A model generated the notes under the pieces. The model was not told the DNA's origin, made no database searches, and saw only the letters and a program-made list of their open reading frames with translations. The position numbers were made by a program, and so were the translations under genes. 64,000 bases of DNA, taken from Trichoplax adhaerens (taxonomy: Eukaryota; Animalia; Placozoa). Positions 41,701 to 54,500 of this stretch are shown here, in pieces. How positions within the stretch are numbered: position 1 is the first letter of the stretch; every line of letters starts with the position of its first letter. Location: contig NW_002060944.1 in the NCBI RefSeq assembly GCF_000150275.1, forward strand, positions 3,596,474 through 3,660,473. Direction: 5' to 3'.

Positions 41701-44700
41701 TGCTTAAATCTACAGCGCAAAAAGATGTAAAGGCTACGGTTGAGGGAAATGCTTGAGTACAATCCCTTTACGCAGGATAATAAGGGTGCACCTCCAGCTA
41801 GGTCTAAATCAAATTATTGTGGCAGTAGAGTGATAAGACTAGTAAATTATGAAATTTATTCGTTCTTCAGACTCGGCAATGAAGTAAAATTACGTCTAAA
41901 TTAAACTTGGATAGAATAGGTATATTGTATACAAAATTATTTCAAATCATAAGTATAGTACTATTACTACTTAAAATCGTGATTATAAAGAAGACTGTCT
42001 TAATGTGCGATTCTACCCGGATGAATTAGGTTTATAATATCGGCTTCAGTAAAATAGTACGAAGAAAAGTAAGATAAAAATATTTCAGGGAAGCACGTAA
42101 TACTAAATCGTTAAACCATATATTGCTATATATATATATATAACATATATATATATTGTGTACTTAACACATTGCATTACTTTATGCAAGTGTTATAGAC
42201 TTAAGTCAGATAGAACATGCATAAAAGTAAAGCTGAGATTATCCTCATATTAAATATGTAATTCCGTTTTTTGGACGGTTTGTATTTAAAACATACCCTG
42301 AACGGCTTACTAAAATTGTAATCAGAATCTACCGTAAATTACGCTAAGCCAACGAGGTATGCAGAAATTAAAAGTACCGATATTTGATATAATTCCCCAG
42401 AATGCCTATCGTATACCTTTTATTTTTCACTATTGTAGCCATAGCTCCATAGATAGAACTACCCGTAAATGATGTGTATCGTTCAGGCTAATGCAGTAAA
42501 ATATAAATATTCGATGGGAATAGCATTTTCATTACCAATACATTGTTTAGTTAACATGCTGTAGATGGTGTTGGATTCTAGTCATTGTTGTGTTTGTTTT
42601 CATCTGGATTTGCTATAGCAAATTCGGGAGTACACAGTATATAAGCTAAAAATAAGATCTGAATACCGTATTCGAAGAAATGGTGAAAAATATCGAGTTT
42701 CCTTCTCCAAACATATTGCTTAATATCTATGGTGGTCGATTTTAATTGTCACCTTAATAGGTAAAGCTATCTAGATGTATATTATTTTGGCTAATAATAC
42801 TTGCAATATCAGTAAAATATGAACTAGAACGTAAAACCTGAATATTCGAGGGAATATAGTAGTATCCAAATTTTAACATCTAATATCTCTGTATTTGCTT
42901 AACACAAATTGTGATAGATTCAAATTACTATTCGATGCAATATTATCCACGCATACATAGCTTTAGCTTAGACTATTTATTATACGAATATATAGATATA
43001 CTGTATATGTTCTAAAAAATAAGAAAAAAATTCAAGAGAATGGCATTAAATATAAATTACTCTTTGATAATAAATGAGACAATAAACCATTGTATTTGAG
43101 TTATTTCAATGCTGTTATTAATAAATGATTAATAGTGATGCATTGATAATAAGAACTACATGAACTATTTCTAATCGTTTACCAAGAGCAATTCATCATT
43201 AATCTATTGTATTTCATCTTTAATCTCTTTTCAATCGGAATTAATGATGTGTACTTATTATGTTACTCCTTTGCTTTACGATAAACGTTGCTTTCTAACT
43301 AATTATTGAATTTTTGCAAGAATTGATCACACCTGGCTATTGTATGTTTACCTAATACTCATCGATGATGAGAAGAAGGTTCCATCAGTTCACTTTGTTA
43401 TGGAAGGGATGCACCGTAGTAAAAGAGGCGATACAGTTATTCTTTTTCCATTACATAAAATGAAGTCTTTTCGCAATGTAAAATAACAATATTTCTTCTA
43501 TGATAAATCAGCAAATTTCTTAATCCTTTAGCTTATTTTTGAATGATGCCCTATTTGGATTGATTGCTGTCCTAAACTACATTATGAACAGTGACTTACA
43601 TTGGAAATAATGATATCGATATATTAAATTTAAATTACGTCTTCGAATAGCTATCGACATCATTCTTCATACATTCCAGTTACAATATTCAAAAAAATTA
43701 CGAATCATTTTTTCCGCACTACTTGTATTATTTACTAGAGTGAAGAATAAATATAAATATAAATAAATGCCATAGGTACTGTGGCTTTAGGCAACCCTAG
43801 GATTGCTTTACCATTTATACTTTAACTATCAAAGAGCGATTTGATACTATTTTATTAATAAATTAAGACATGTAAATCATACTGAGCTATGTAGATGGAA
43901 GGAAGATAGAATTAAGTCATACGGGTACTGATTTACTAATAGTCAATTCTATGATGAAATACTGACTGAGATAGAGAAGGTCCTCTCCCATCTTAACTGT
44001 GATGATATGGTGCATGTATGCATGAATATGAATAATTTGGAAGCTTCAGCCTTAAAATAACATTAAATAAGAAAGAAAACCACTTGAGGTTGTTACTTTT
44101 ATCAACCTCTATTTTAATACTTAATAATACTGATATGCCCTTTAATGCAAGAACTACATGTTATAGATATGTCCAATAATGATATCTCGATTATATACGT
44201 ATAATATTGTGCAACATAGTGACGAAATCTATCGAAACTACCTGCGTTATTAAATGATCTATATGTATCTAATTCAATGAATAGTGCTCAAAGGTAGTAA
44301 CCTGCCTTCTACGCAAAATGTCAAGATGATCAAGTATGTATAATACTATAGTATACTCTATATCTAGATGTTATAAACGAAATAGTCTAATTTAATTGTA
44401 GCTTAACTAACGTGTAACTATAGATGAAACAACGATTACCTATATCTAATTATCTTCATTTCATTTGTCGTCTACTAATTTTTTATTCAATAAACAGGAA
44501 AACAGAATATTAATCTATCTTGAAAAATATCAAAAGCGGATGTTATTATATTATCTATATATATATACATTATGTACTGATATACAGTAGATAAGCAATT
44601 TTGTATTTTATACGAATAGAGTACAATGTACAATAAGATAGTGATGATTTATATCGGAAATCTCTTTCTCCTGCTGTTTATCTTAGCCGTCACATCTAAC

Positions 44701-44869
44701 TTGAAAAATAGAAGACTTGGGTATTAATTTATAATTAATTACAAGATATAATACATCTATAAAGATAACGTTGTATTATGAAGATATTTTGTCCAAATTT
44801 TCAAATATTAATTTAAGTATGATGCAAAACATATTTACTACAAAATTATTGATCAAAACGTCTCTATTT

Positions 44870-46260
44870 CTTCCTGTTTTCCACAGTAAAAGCATGATTT
44901 TATCCATGTTAAGATAGCTATGATCCGTGTCAAGCATCTTCTTCCTCTTATAGTTCTCAAAAACAAGAGATTCTTTTATCAACATTGCTATTAAATTGAT
45001 AAAATATTCCTTTCTCATATTTAATTTGTACTGCTGGAGCAATTTTAGCAGCATGCTTAATGAATCTATCAAATAACCCTATTTTCTTCCTATCTTTAAT
45101 AGCCAGATTACCAATTGCATCTATCGTAAACCTTCTGTCTCTCATTATACTCTTACTATCTTCGACAGCAGATTATTTTTATCAACATGCCCGTGACATT
45201 GATCAAACATGTCCATACTTTTGCCGTCTATAATAACAAGAGATCAGTTTTATCAATAGACTCATGGCATCTGTCTTACTATGTTTTTCCTACCCACAAC
45301 AGTAAGAGGTCAGTTTCATCGGTATGGCCATGATATTTATCGGCATTATCCTTTCTCCTATTATTATTAAGGAAAGCTAGAAACTAATTTTATTAACACG
45401 ACCAAAACATCTATCCAACATATCTTTCTTTCACTGTCGTTAACAGCAAGAGATCAATCCTATCCACATAAGCATGACACCTATCCAACATCTCTTTTCT
45501 CTTACTGTCATTGATATTATGAGATTAATTTTTTTGATCAACATGATATCTATTCACTATTTCTATTCTTTTGCGGTCGTTAAGAGTATAATATCCTTAT
45601 TTATATTATGGTCATAATTTGTATCAAACATGTCCTATTCTTTTACGGCTCTTACGGTCGTTAATATTATGAAATTATATTTCGATGAATTTGCTATCGA
45701 TTAATTATTTCAATCCACTTGCGATCGTCAATAATATGACATCTTTATTTTTATCATAGTCATAATTTCTATCTACCATGCCCTTCTCTTACTACCGTCA
45801 TCAATTCGAGATTTATTTAATCCAATATAAATCATATTATAGTATCCAGTCTTTCTCTAAGAGCCATCGATACTATAAGATTATATTTTTTGATCGGCAT
45901 GATATCTACTCCATTTTTCTATCCTCTTTCGATCGTCAATAATATCATATCTCTATTTTTACTATATACCCTTCTCTTACTGCCTTCATCCACCAGAGAT
46001 CAATTTAATTTAACATAAATCATATTATAATACCCAGTCTTTCTCTTACTGTCATCTATATTATGAAGTTCTATTTTGGATCCACATGATATCTATTCAC
46101 TCTTTCTATCCTCTTGCAGTCATTATTAATATGACATCTATTTACCACGGCCATCATTTCTACCCTACCTGTCCTCTTCTCTTTCTGCCTCCATTAACAA
46201 GAGATCCATTTTATACATCATCAATGATACTATACTATCCAGTCTACAGTGCTAGTAGAG
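44870..46260. repeat. Long, highly degenerate tandem array with higher-order structure (sub-units of roughly 60-80 bp)
   Basis: Recurring tctcttact..c.tc, aagagatca.ttttatc.aca and catga.atctatc motifs over ~1.4 kb. Confidence 0.75.
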
Positions 46261-46550
46261 ACAATAGTTGATTTAGACAACGCAAAATAAAGAAGTTCGA
46301 GGATAATCTTATCCAGCAAAATATCTCCTTCCTCTCTACTGTCTATTTTATCTTATTGAATAATCGAATCACAAGAAGAACATTTTCCATCGTCGATTCT
46401 ATTTGCATTCATAACATAATCGTCTCTAATTATTTATTTGCACTCTTTTATTGTCATTAGCATCGCTTAACCTTGACCAAAATTAGCTTAATCGATCGGG
46501 TGTTACTAGTATCTTTTCCTTTTTGCTTCTGCTATAGAGGTCACGGTAGG

Positions 46551-46564
46551 GTTGCTATGGTGAT
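46551..46564. promoter_or_regulatory. RFX X-box-like motif upstream of the DCX-domain gene
   Basis: GTTGCTATGGTGAT vs consensus GTTGCCATGGCAAC. About 320 bp upstream of a strong donor CAAG|GTGAGA (46881/46882) that could end a non-coding first exon spliced to the acceptor CTAATCTAG| at 48351. Confidence 0.5.
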
Positions 46565-47209
46565 CTTTATAACAAGCCCCTTGTTGTTAGTGCACTCCTG
46601 AGGAGGTGCTGCTAATGTATAATATCTCCGTTAAGTAGAAGAAAGCAATTGGACACAGTTAAAATCGTATTCTATTCGATATCAAGACAATATAAGAAAG
46701 AGATAGAACGAGAGATAGAGAAAACAACATTTGAATTATGTTATAATGAAATTATAGCTCAATTCCTCTTCAACATTCTACAAAAATTAAGACAAGAGAT
46801 TATCTAGTTAGAAGAGTGAAAATTCGATTAGTTCCTATCCTATCTAGAGAAGAATCATTAACAGATTCAAACTTGATCAAGGTGAGAAAGTACATGTTCA
46901 ATTATTTCTTCCTTCCTACAAACAGGATTCAACAGTAGTAATGACGCCTATTTGCCCTTTTCTATCTCATTTCTTCATCTAAATGTCAATTTAAGCATAT
47001 GAATTACTGCTACAGTCGTGCAGGTGCATGGAAATAGAAAGTCATAAACGATTTAGACACAGTATTATCTTTCCATATTTTTCTTCTAGTTATAGCACTT
47101 TTAGAGGTAAAGAAGGAACTTCTAATACAGGCTTAATTACCTTCATTAGCTGATCATGGCCTACTGTATTTTAATCGATGATACAGTATGGCTAGATGAT
47201 GATCATAAA

Positions 47210-48030
47210 CTAGTCTTAATAACTTGATATGAAAGTGGATTAGTTTACCTTCTTTCTCCCTAAGCATTTATGTATGCTAAGACTAAGAGTAAAGCAGCTA
47301 CCGTTTGAAGAGTTTTAAAATACTATCATTAGCTGGTAATAGAATGTTTTCATTCCATCACAGGTAGAACATAGCTACAGTAGATTAATCAAGTTTAATT
47401 AGTCCTGTTGACTTGATGTTGAAATTAGTTATTTTATTCTTTCTTCTCTACATTGATGCCATTCCGAAAGGCATAGAAAGCACCGTAAAAAGAGTTTTAA
47501 TGAATCTCGTAAACAGTTAATGAAGTGTCTTTATTCCATTGCACATAGAACTTGCTTACTCGCAGATTCAAAAGTTCAATGAAATTTTTTTAAATTAATT
47601 AAATCGTACTCTTTCTCTATAATATTGGTATCATTCCCAAGGTTAGGAAAATAAGTATTGTAAATATAGTCAAAATAATTGTTACTTGCTGCTGATAAAA
47701 TCGTTTCATATCACGGTGGATAGAATACGATACTTCGATTAGAAGCTAAACGAGTCTTAGTGACAGGATGATGATAGAAGAGTTGATTTTCGTTGCCTTT
47801 CAGTAAATCAAATTAGATCATACTCTTTTCCCTTCAATAGTTATGCCATTCTTAAAGGTAGAAAAAGGAGTATTACAACTACTGTATAGTCAAAATAACT
47901 GTCATTTTTTGCTGATGAAATCGTTTTATGCCACTATGGGCGGAGTACGATACCTTGATTATAAGCTACTGTGAACTTGTCTTAGAACTTCATGATTGCG
48001 GAAGAGTTGATTTTCGTTGTCTTTCTTTTG
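47210..48030. repeat. Degenerate ~200-230 bp tandem duplications in the putative first intron of the DCX gene
   Basis: tatagtcaaaataa.tgt..tgctgat.aaatcgttt..tacgatac..gatta.aagcta..gaagagttgattttcgttg occurs twice; an older pair lies upstream. Confidence 0.7.
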
Positions 48031-48501
48031 TAGGATTTTAATTTACAACTCTAATCTAGCATTCTACATTGCATGAGATCACACATTGTTGATATCGTTT
48101 CATTGGGGTGATTGATGATCATGATGTCTATTAATTTGATTTGGATATTTTCTTGCAATTATAATTTCCTGAAGATAATAGTAGTTTGGACTTGTTCATA
48201 GGAGAAAGTGATTGGTGATGACAGAATGGATTATTTAAGGGTGGACCATTCTGTCATAACTTGACTTGTCAAGCATTTTTCGCTGCACTTGTAACTTAAT
48301 CAAGCATTTATTTCACCTATGTAACAACAAGTTTTTTTATGTCTAATCTAGAATTCAATGCTTGAAGAAAGTGAAAGAATTAATTAATTTACGAGTTGAG
48401 CCACGGTATACGTAGAAAAGAGAAGAAATTTGCCAATCACAGTCTCATCCCAAAACTGAAATCGATCCAGTTTGAAATTCTACTTGTAGCGATATTGGAA
48501 A

Positions 48502-51500
48502 ATGTCTCGTGAAGTTAGTTTCGAATTATCTTTATCAGCTTATGACGATGATAAAAGTAGCCGGCGAGGATCATTTCGTCGCTCAACACCTTCTGATCAA
48601 GGCGATATTAGGCTGGATAAATTAACTCAACTGGATCCAGTACTTCGTGATCTCTATGACGATGATTATAGCACCAATTCAGGCAATGACCGACGGCGTG
48701 TCCATCGCTATCATACGAAAAGATATGCTAATGGTTCTGCTGTTATATCGACTGATCATATGCGCTCATTCGATCGTGAATTAGCCGAATTAGGTGCTGG
48801 TGTTCGACCAGCCCAATCAGCTCGTCGTAAAAGCCAATATCAACGTATCAGCAATAATAATTTGGATGTGGTTAATGATCGAAATCGTTCTACATCATTC
48901 TTAACGCCAGATCCATTCGCTAGTGGTAATATGATCGATCTTAATCAACGTGTTGTTGATTTAGATCAGACCAGTAGTCTAACATCAGCTGGGTTACAAC
49001 AGCCATCCAACAATTCTGGACCTAGTCCACCCCAATCGAAAGATCCTAATTCTAAAACAATATTTGCTAAAAAAGCTAAAATTGTTAAAATTGTTCGTCA
49101 CGGTCCATCGCCACAAGAATTTATCAATTTACTACTCAATCATCGTACAAGCAACAACTTTCATCGGATACTTTATGAACTTAATTCCAATTTTGAATTA
49201 CGCCATGATCGTCAAACATTTTTTCGCCCTATCGATAAATTGTTTACACCAAATGGGAAAAAGGTAAATAAAATACACGTATCCTGCCAATTCAATTACA
49301 CCCACTTTTATATCATTGACAGCGAGTTCCATACTAATAATGACCATAATTTGATTTTTAAAAATTAAAAAGCGACGATTTACATGTCGCGTAGAGCTCA
49401 TTCTTAGGGTAGTCATTGATATAATTACAAATTGATTAATTTTTAGCAATCCACTTCCAATCAGTAACTTAATTTTAAGTATCAACCAATTTCCAATTTG
49501 ATAGAATAGCGATTACTCATCAACTGATGAAGGTTACAGTCAATTTGTTAAATCTATTTTGGAAATGCAATTGGTTTACAACATAGTTTTGCTAGAAGTT
49601 AAATTTTAAGATATAATAGTGTAGATTTGATGCTTAAAATTTTTCCAATATTCTATCGTAAATTAAAATTATTGACGCCTTGCTTCTATACAATATATAA
49701 TATTAACGTATGCGTATGCCCCATATTGTAGAACGATTTAGTGTTTAGAAGGTACATTTATGATAACGAAAAATAACAATCAGAAGTTCATACTGTACAG
49801 TATTCCATATATTCTTTAAAAAATAGAAAACAACGTTCAAATAGTATCAATAGTATATTTTATTAAGTGTATATGTATTCAAGGTGAACAAGTAAATAGA
49901 TCATAATCAGTATAGCAAGTATTAATAACTTTTCCATTTTTTATATTTAAAGAATCATTTATGACTATTATCCTTTTCTAATTTTTACTATAAAAATTTG
50001 CCTTAATCGTTACAATTACTTTCTAATTTGTTTTGAATAAAATCACGTAGACAATCGTTAGAACTATCGCCGATACTTTTTAAAGCTCATCGCCGTTTCA
50101 TATTGGAATACTTAATCAGCATAAACGAAAAGTATTCCTAGACGGTATACTAATGAGCTACTAGTAAGCATTCAATTGTATAAGTAATATGGCGATAAGA
50201 TGAGTATGATTTTGGCCAGCGCTAATTTACTTAAATTAGTACTGGACGTAGTTTCAAATCTCGGGTAGGAAGTTACCTGTCTTCATATTTATCATACAAA
50301 GATCATCTAATGCGTATCCAACAAAGTGATGTAATGGAAATTTAACAGTGTTTGATCATCAACGGATGAAACTCTAAGTCATTTCCTGCAAATTTTTCCA
50401 TTTAATTAATATTTGATAATTATTAGCTTTTTCTTACCGTAGCATGTCTACCTATTTATACAGTAATATAATCACATAGAAACTAGACTGCTAAATTTAT
50501 ATCATTTCTGTCAATCCAGTATTATTGATAATGTCAATTATCGCATTTATAGATTACGTCTGTTATCAATCTATTCAACGAGGGAAATATTTTTATTGCT
50601 GTGGGTGAAGAACCATTCAATCCTACCAACTTCACTATTCAATTTTATAACGGTTCAGGTAATAATTAATTAAACTGGTCATTTCTGTCTGTCTTTCATA
50701 TTATCCTTGCTTACAAGTGAATTACAAATTAAATTTAATTATTTAAATCAGTTAAAAAAATGAAAATCATTTTTTTAGTCTTACCTACAACACCTTACAA
50801 CAGAACATCTCAAGAAATGTCACGAAAAGGTTATAGAACATCGGATGATATTGCTCGAGGTTTGTATTCTATCTAACATGCTAGCAATCTGAAAGGTTAA
50901 TGCTGTTTACGAAATAAAATAACACTCTAACGCGAAAATGTCTCATTATTACGGCAATTATAGCCAAAACAGCGCCGTTGTCTCGAAAACATAATAAGGT
51001 AAGAATAACAAAGATAACTTACGTAATTTAAATGTCCATATAGTCATTACATAGCATCTACATACTCTAGTAATACTGGTGTGGCAATAACTTATTTTAT
51101 TTTATGCCAAGAAAATTAATAAAAATTATCTGCATGGAATACCAAGAAATACTTCAGTAGCTTGCTCTTATAACAACACAACATGTTGCAAATTTATCCT
51201 TCACCTTAACTTCCGATCGATCACAATTTGCATCGAAATATTTGGACTTCGTTGATGTCAAATGTACTTGATCTTTTAACATCTAATTGAGATAGTTCAA
51301 TAGGAGTACTTTTTTTATTAACCTCTTTGCCTAACAACTCAACCCTTTCTGATATGTATCAAAATGGTTAGGCTTGATGCTGTAATGTGTATAGAATGGA
51401 TAATTTATCATTACACAAAAGCGTAGGCTCTTCTAACAAGAACATGAATTCGTTATATTACCTGGAAAATTTAATTTTTATAATAATTATTCTATATTAC

Positions 51501-54500
51501 TCTTATAGTATGACGATAAACGTGATAAGGGAACTCGATCATTACTTGAGCGTGAGCAATTATCGCCATACGCAATTCCACTAGAGCGACCATGGACAGT
51601 CAATAGCCACAGCTTATATTCTAACTCGGGACTAAGAACCGAGCTATCAACAGACACAAGGTTTGATATTAGTAAGGAAAGCGACAAACTACAACATCTT
51701 GCTAATTTAATCGGTCCTGAAATACCACCACCATCGCTAAGTTATAACGGTCAATTAACTAAAGAGCAAGACTGGAATCAGTTATTAGCGCAAGTACAGC
51801 AAAGCCAATCTAACGATCAAGATGCATACAAGACTGTTAATTTCTCATCCAATAATTCAAGATGGAGGCCAAATTCAGCACGTAGTGATAAGAGTCTCTC
51901 ATCCTTGTCAAGTTTAGAAGACCGTCCTATCCAACCTGTTCCACCTTCATCAATGAATCGTCCAAAGTCAGCTAATTTACGTCATCGCCGAACTCTGCAT
52001 ACTACATCAGGAAATGAACAAGTTCAGAAAGAAGGCGTACCGATGACCAAAAGCGTCGATAATAGTATTGTATCTGATGATGTTAGCGATGATCGAGCAT
52101 CAAGACTACTTGATAATAGTTCTAATCACTCCTTTATTCCATCGCCACCAAAAACAGATAAATCGAAGCGATCCAAGTATAGTCGGCGAAGACTCAAAGG
52201 CAGAGGAAAGCAGTTATCAAGTTGTTATTCCGATTCTAGTATGGATGAAGCATCTAGACGATCATCAGCAGCAAGAGATGAATATTACAGTAGTCATAAC
52301 GAAACTCTACGTAATCATCGTAGCGTTAAAAATGAAGTTGCTAATCAACATAAGCCAATCACTACAGATACTGCCGTGCAGTGTGATAGTGATTTAGCAG
52401 AAGAAAAGAACCCTCCACCGTCATCAGATATTCAGAATAACGAAAGCAATATAATGCCGCAAAGTGTTTCTAACATCATTGATAACTTTGCTAATAGACA
52501 AGCAAATCTAGTTATTATGAGAGCAATTATTGATGTAATGAAAACCAATAATGATTACGATCAGGCAGAAAGCAAGAATAATCCGTTACCTACAAATACT
52601 AGTACTGACTTACCCACAGTAAGGTCTAAATTATCACCTTTAATTTATGAATTTGCAAATAGGCAAGCTAATTCAATAATGATGAAAGCTTTCATTGATG
52701 TCCTTGAAATTAAGAAATCAGCAATAATAGAACATTATCATCACGTTGTAAATAATGCCATTACTCAATCTAGTATCAATAATAATGACTTAAAGTCAAC
52801 AGAACTAACTGTATTTAGTAATTCAGATAATGTTAATAGCAATTCAGGTGAGACTCACAGGAATAAGGATATAAATCAAAATGTACTTAACGGTGCCGAA
52901 GCATCATACGATGAAAATGAAATAGCAATCAGTGAAGCTTCCGTTGCCTCCACCCAACAAGATATGAATATTATCAATATGCAGATAGATCGAGAATTGA
53001 ACAAATATCAGTTAAGTCATGCCGATACAACTACAGCGATAAGTGAAAACGAAAATGTGATAACTTTATCACACGACCAAGGCATTAATAATGGCCCATC
53101 AAACATAGAGCTTACTAATTCGGCGGAGTTACCCCAAAATGACGATCAGTTAAGTCAGCCAAATGCCAGTAAAGTGTTAGATGAAGACGAAGAGATTACC
53201 TTAGACTACCAAAAGCTCGATCAAAATGAAGATGACTATCCATCAACTGTAGAACTTGTTAATGAAGTAGAATTGACAAAAACTGAACATGGCATCGAGT
53301 CATCTCAAGAGCCAATCATCCCAGGAGTTGAGGTTATTCTAGAATCACAAAACCATCCAGTCGTTGCTGTTGCTAGTGAATCATTAATGGATCTTCTTCC
53401 ATTACAAAAATCAGCAAATATGAGTGATAGCGATATCGACGCTCAAGATAATAAGGAAATATTCGCAAATACAATGGACCAGAATGCTAAAAATGGTTCT
53501 GAATTGGGAAACAGCATTACTACGGAACAAAATGTGAACGATTCCCAATTGATCGAAAGCTATAAAGCAGCTCTTGCAGGAACAAAATATGAAACTGATG
53601 AAGCAGAGAGCCAAATAGCAGGTACTACTTTAATCGCTGGCGATTCCACAAATTTAATTACAGCACGAAGTCAAGATAGCGTTGAAGACATTCTTGAACC
53701 TTCTATGGAATCCTTTTCAGTTGGCAGTAGATCAGACAGTGAAAACTCATATGAAGATGAAATTGAAGAGCAAAGTCCTGAAGTCGACAATACTAATGGA
53801 CATAACCAAGAAGATAGTATGATTAAGGCGTTCGATGCAGATATTATTGATCAAGAAATGGATCAAAACCCCATCAAGATAGCTCAAGAAAATTTGGCTA
53901 GTGATCAAGAGATACATGACAAAATTTCTATATCATCAAGTCATCAGAGTCCCGATCAACAAAGTAGTAGAGAAGAAATTATAGAAGCCTTATCAGTTAT
54001 TCCACCGGAACAAATGGTTGTATCGCAGGTTCTAGAAGATGGACTCAAAGCAAATAATACATCAGTAAAATCCGGTAACTCACAAGAGGATATAATATTT
54101 AATAATGATACTATTAGTATAGAAACAACACCAAATTTGCCAAATGATCAAGAAGTAGATGAGAGGATTTCTACATCGAGTAATCAAGCTGCTGATCAGC
54201 AAAGTGCTCAAGAGGAAACTTTAGAAGTCATATCAGCTGTCCCACCAAAACAGATTATTGCATCGCAAGCTCAAGAAAATGAAAGCGATGCAAATAACGT
54301 ATCCGTAAAATCTTATAACTTACAGCAAGAGGCAATCTCCAATATCGATGTTAATAATATAGAAACAACACCAAATTTGCCTGGTGAGCAAGAAATTGAT
54401 GAGAAAGTTCCAACAAGTTATGGGGCTGTTGGTCAGCAAAGTATTCAAGAAGAAATTTTAGATGATATTTCATCTGTTGTATCGCAGGTTGTAGATGATG

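Noticed and set aside
43100-43730. Possible decayed TRIM (B-box/coiled-coil) gene on the minus strand
   Set aside because: Only scattered Cys/His and coiled-coil-like fragments in different frames; too weak without a search.
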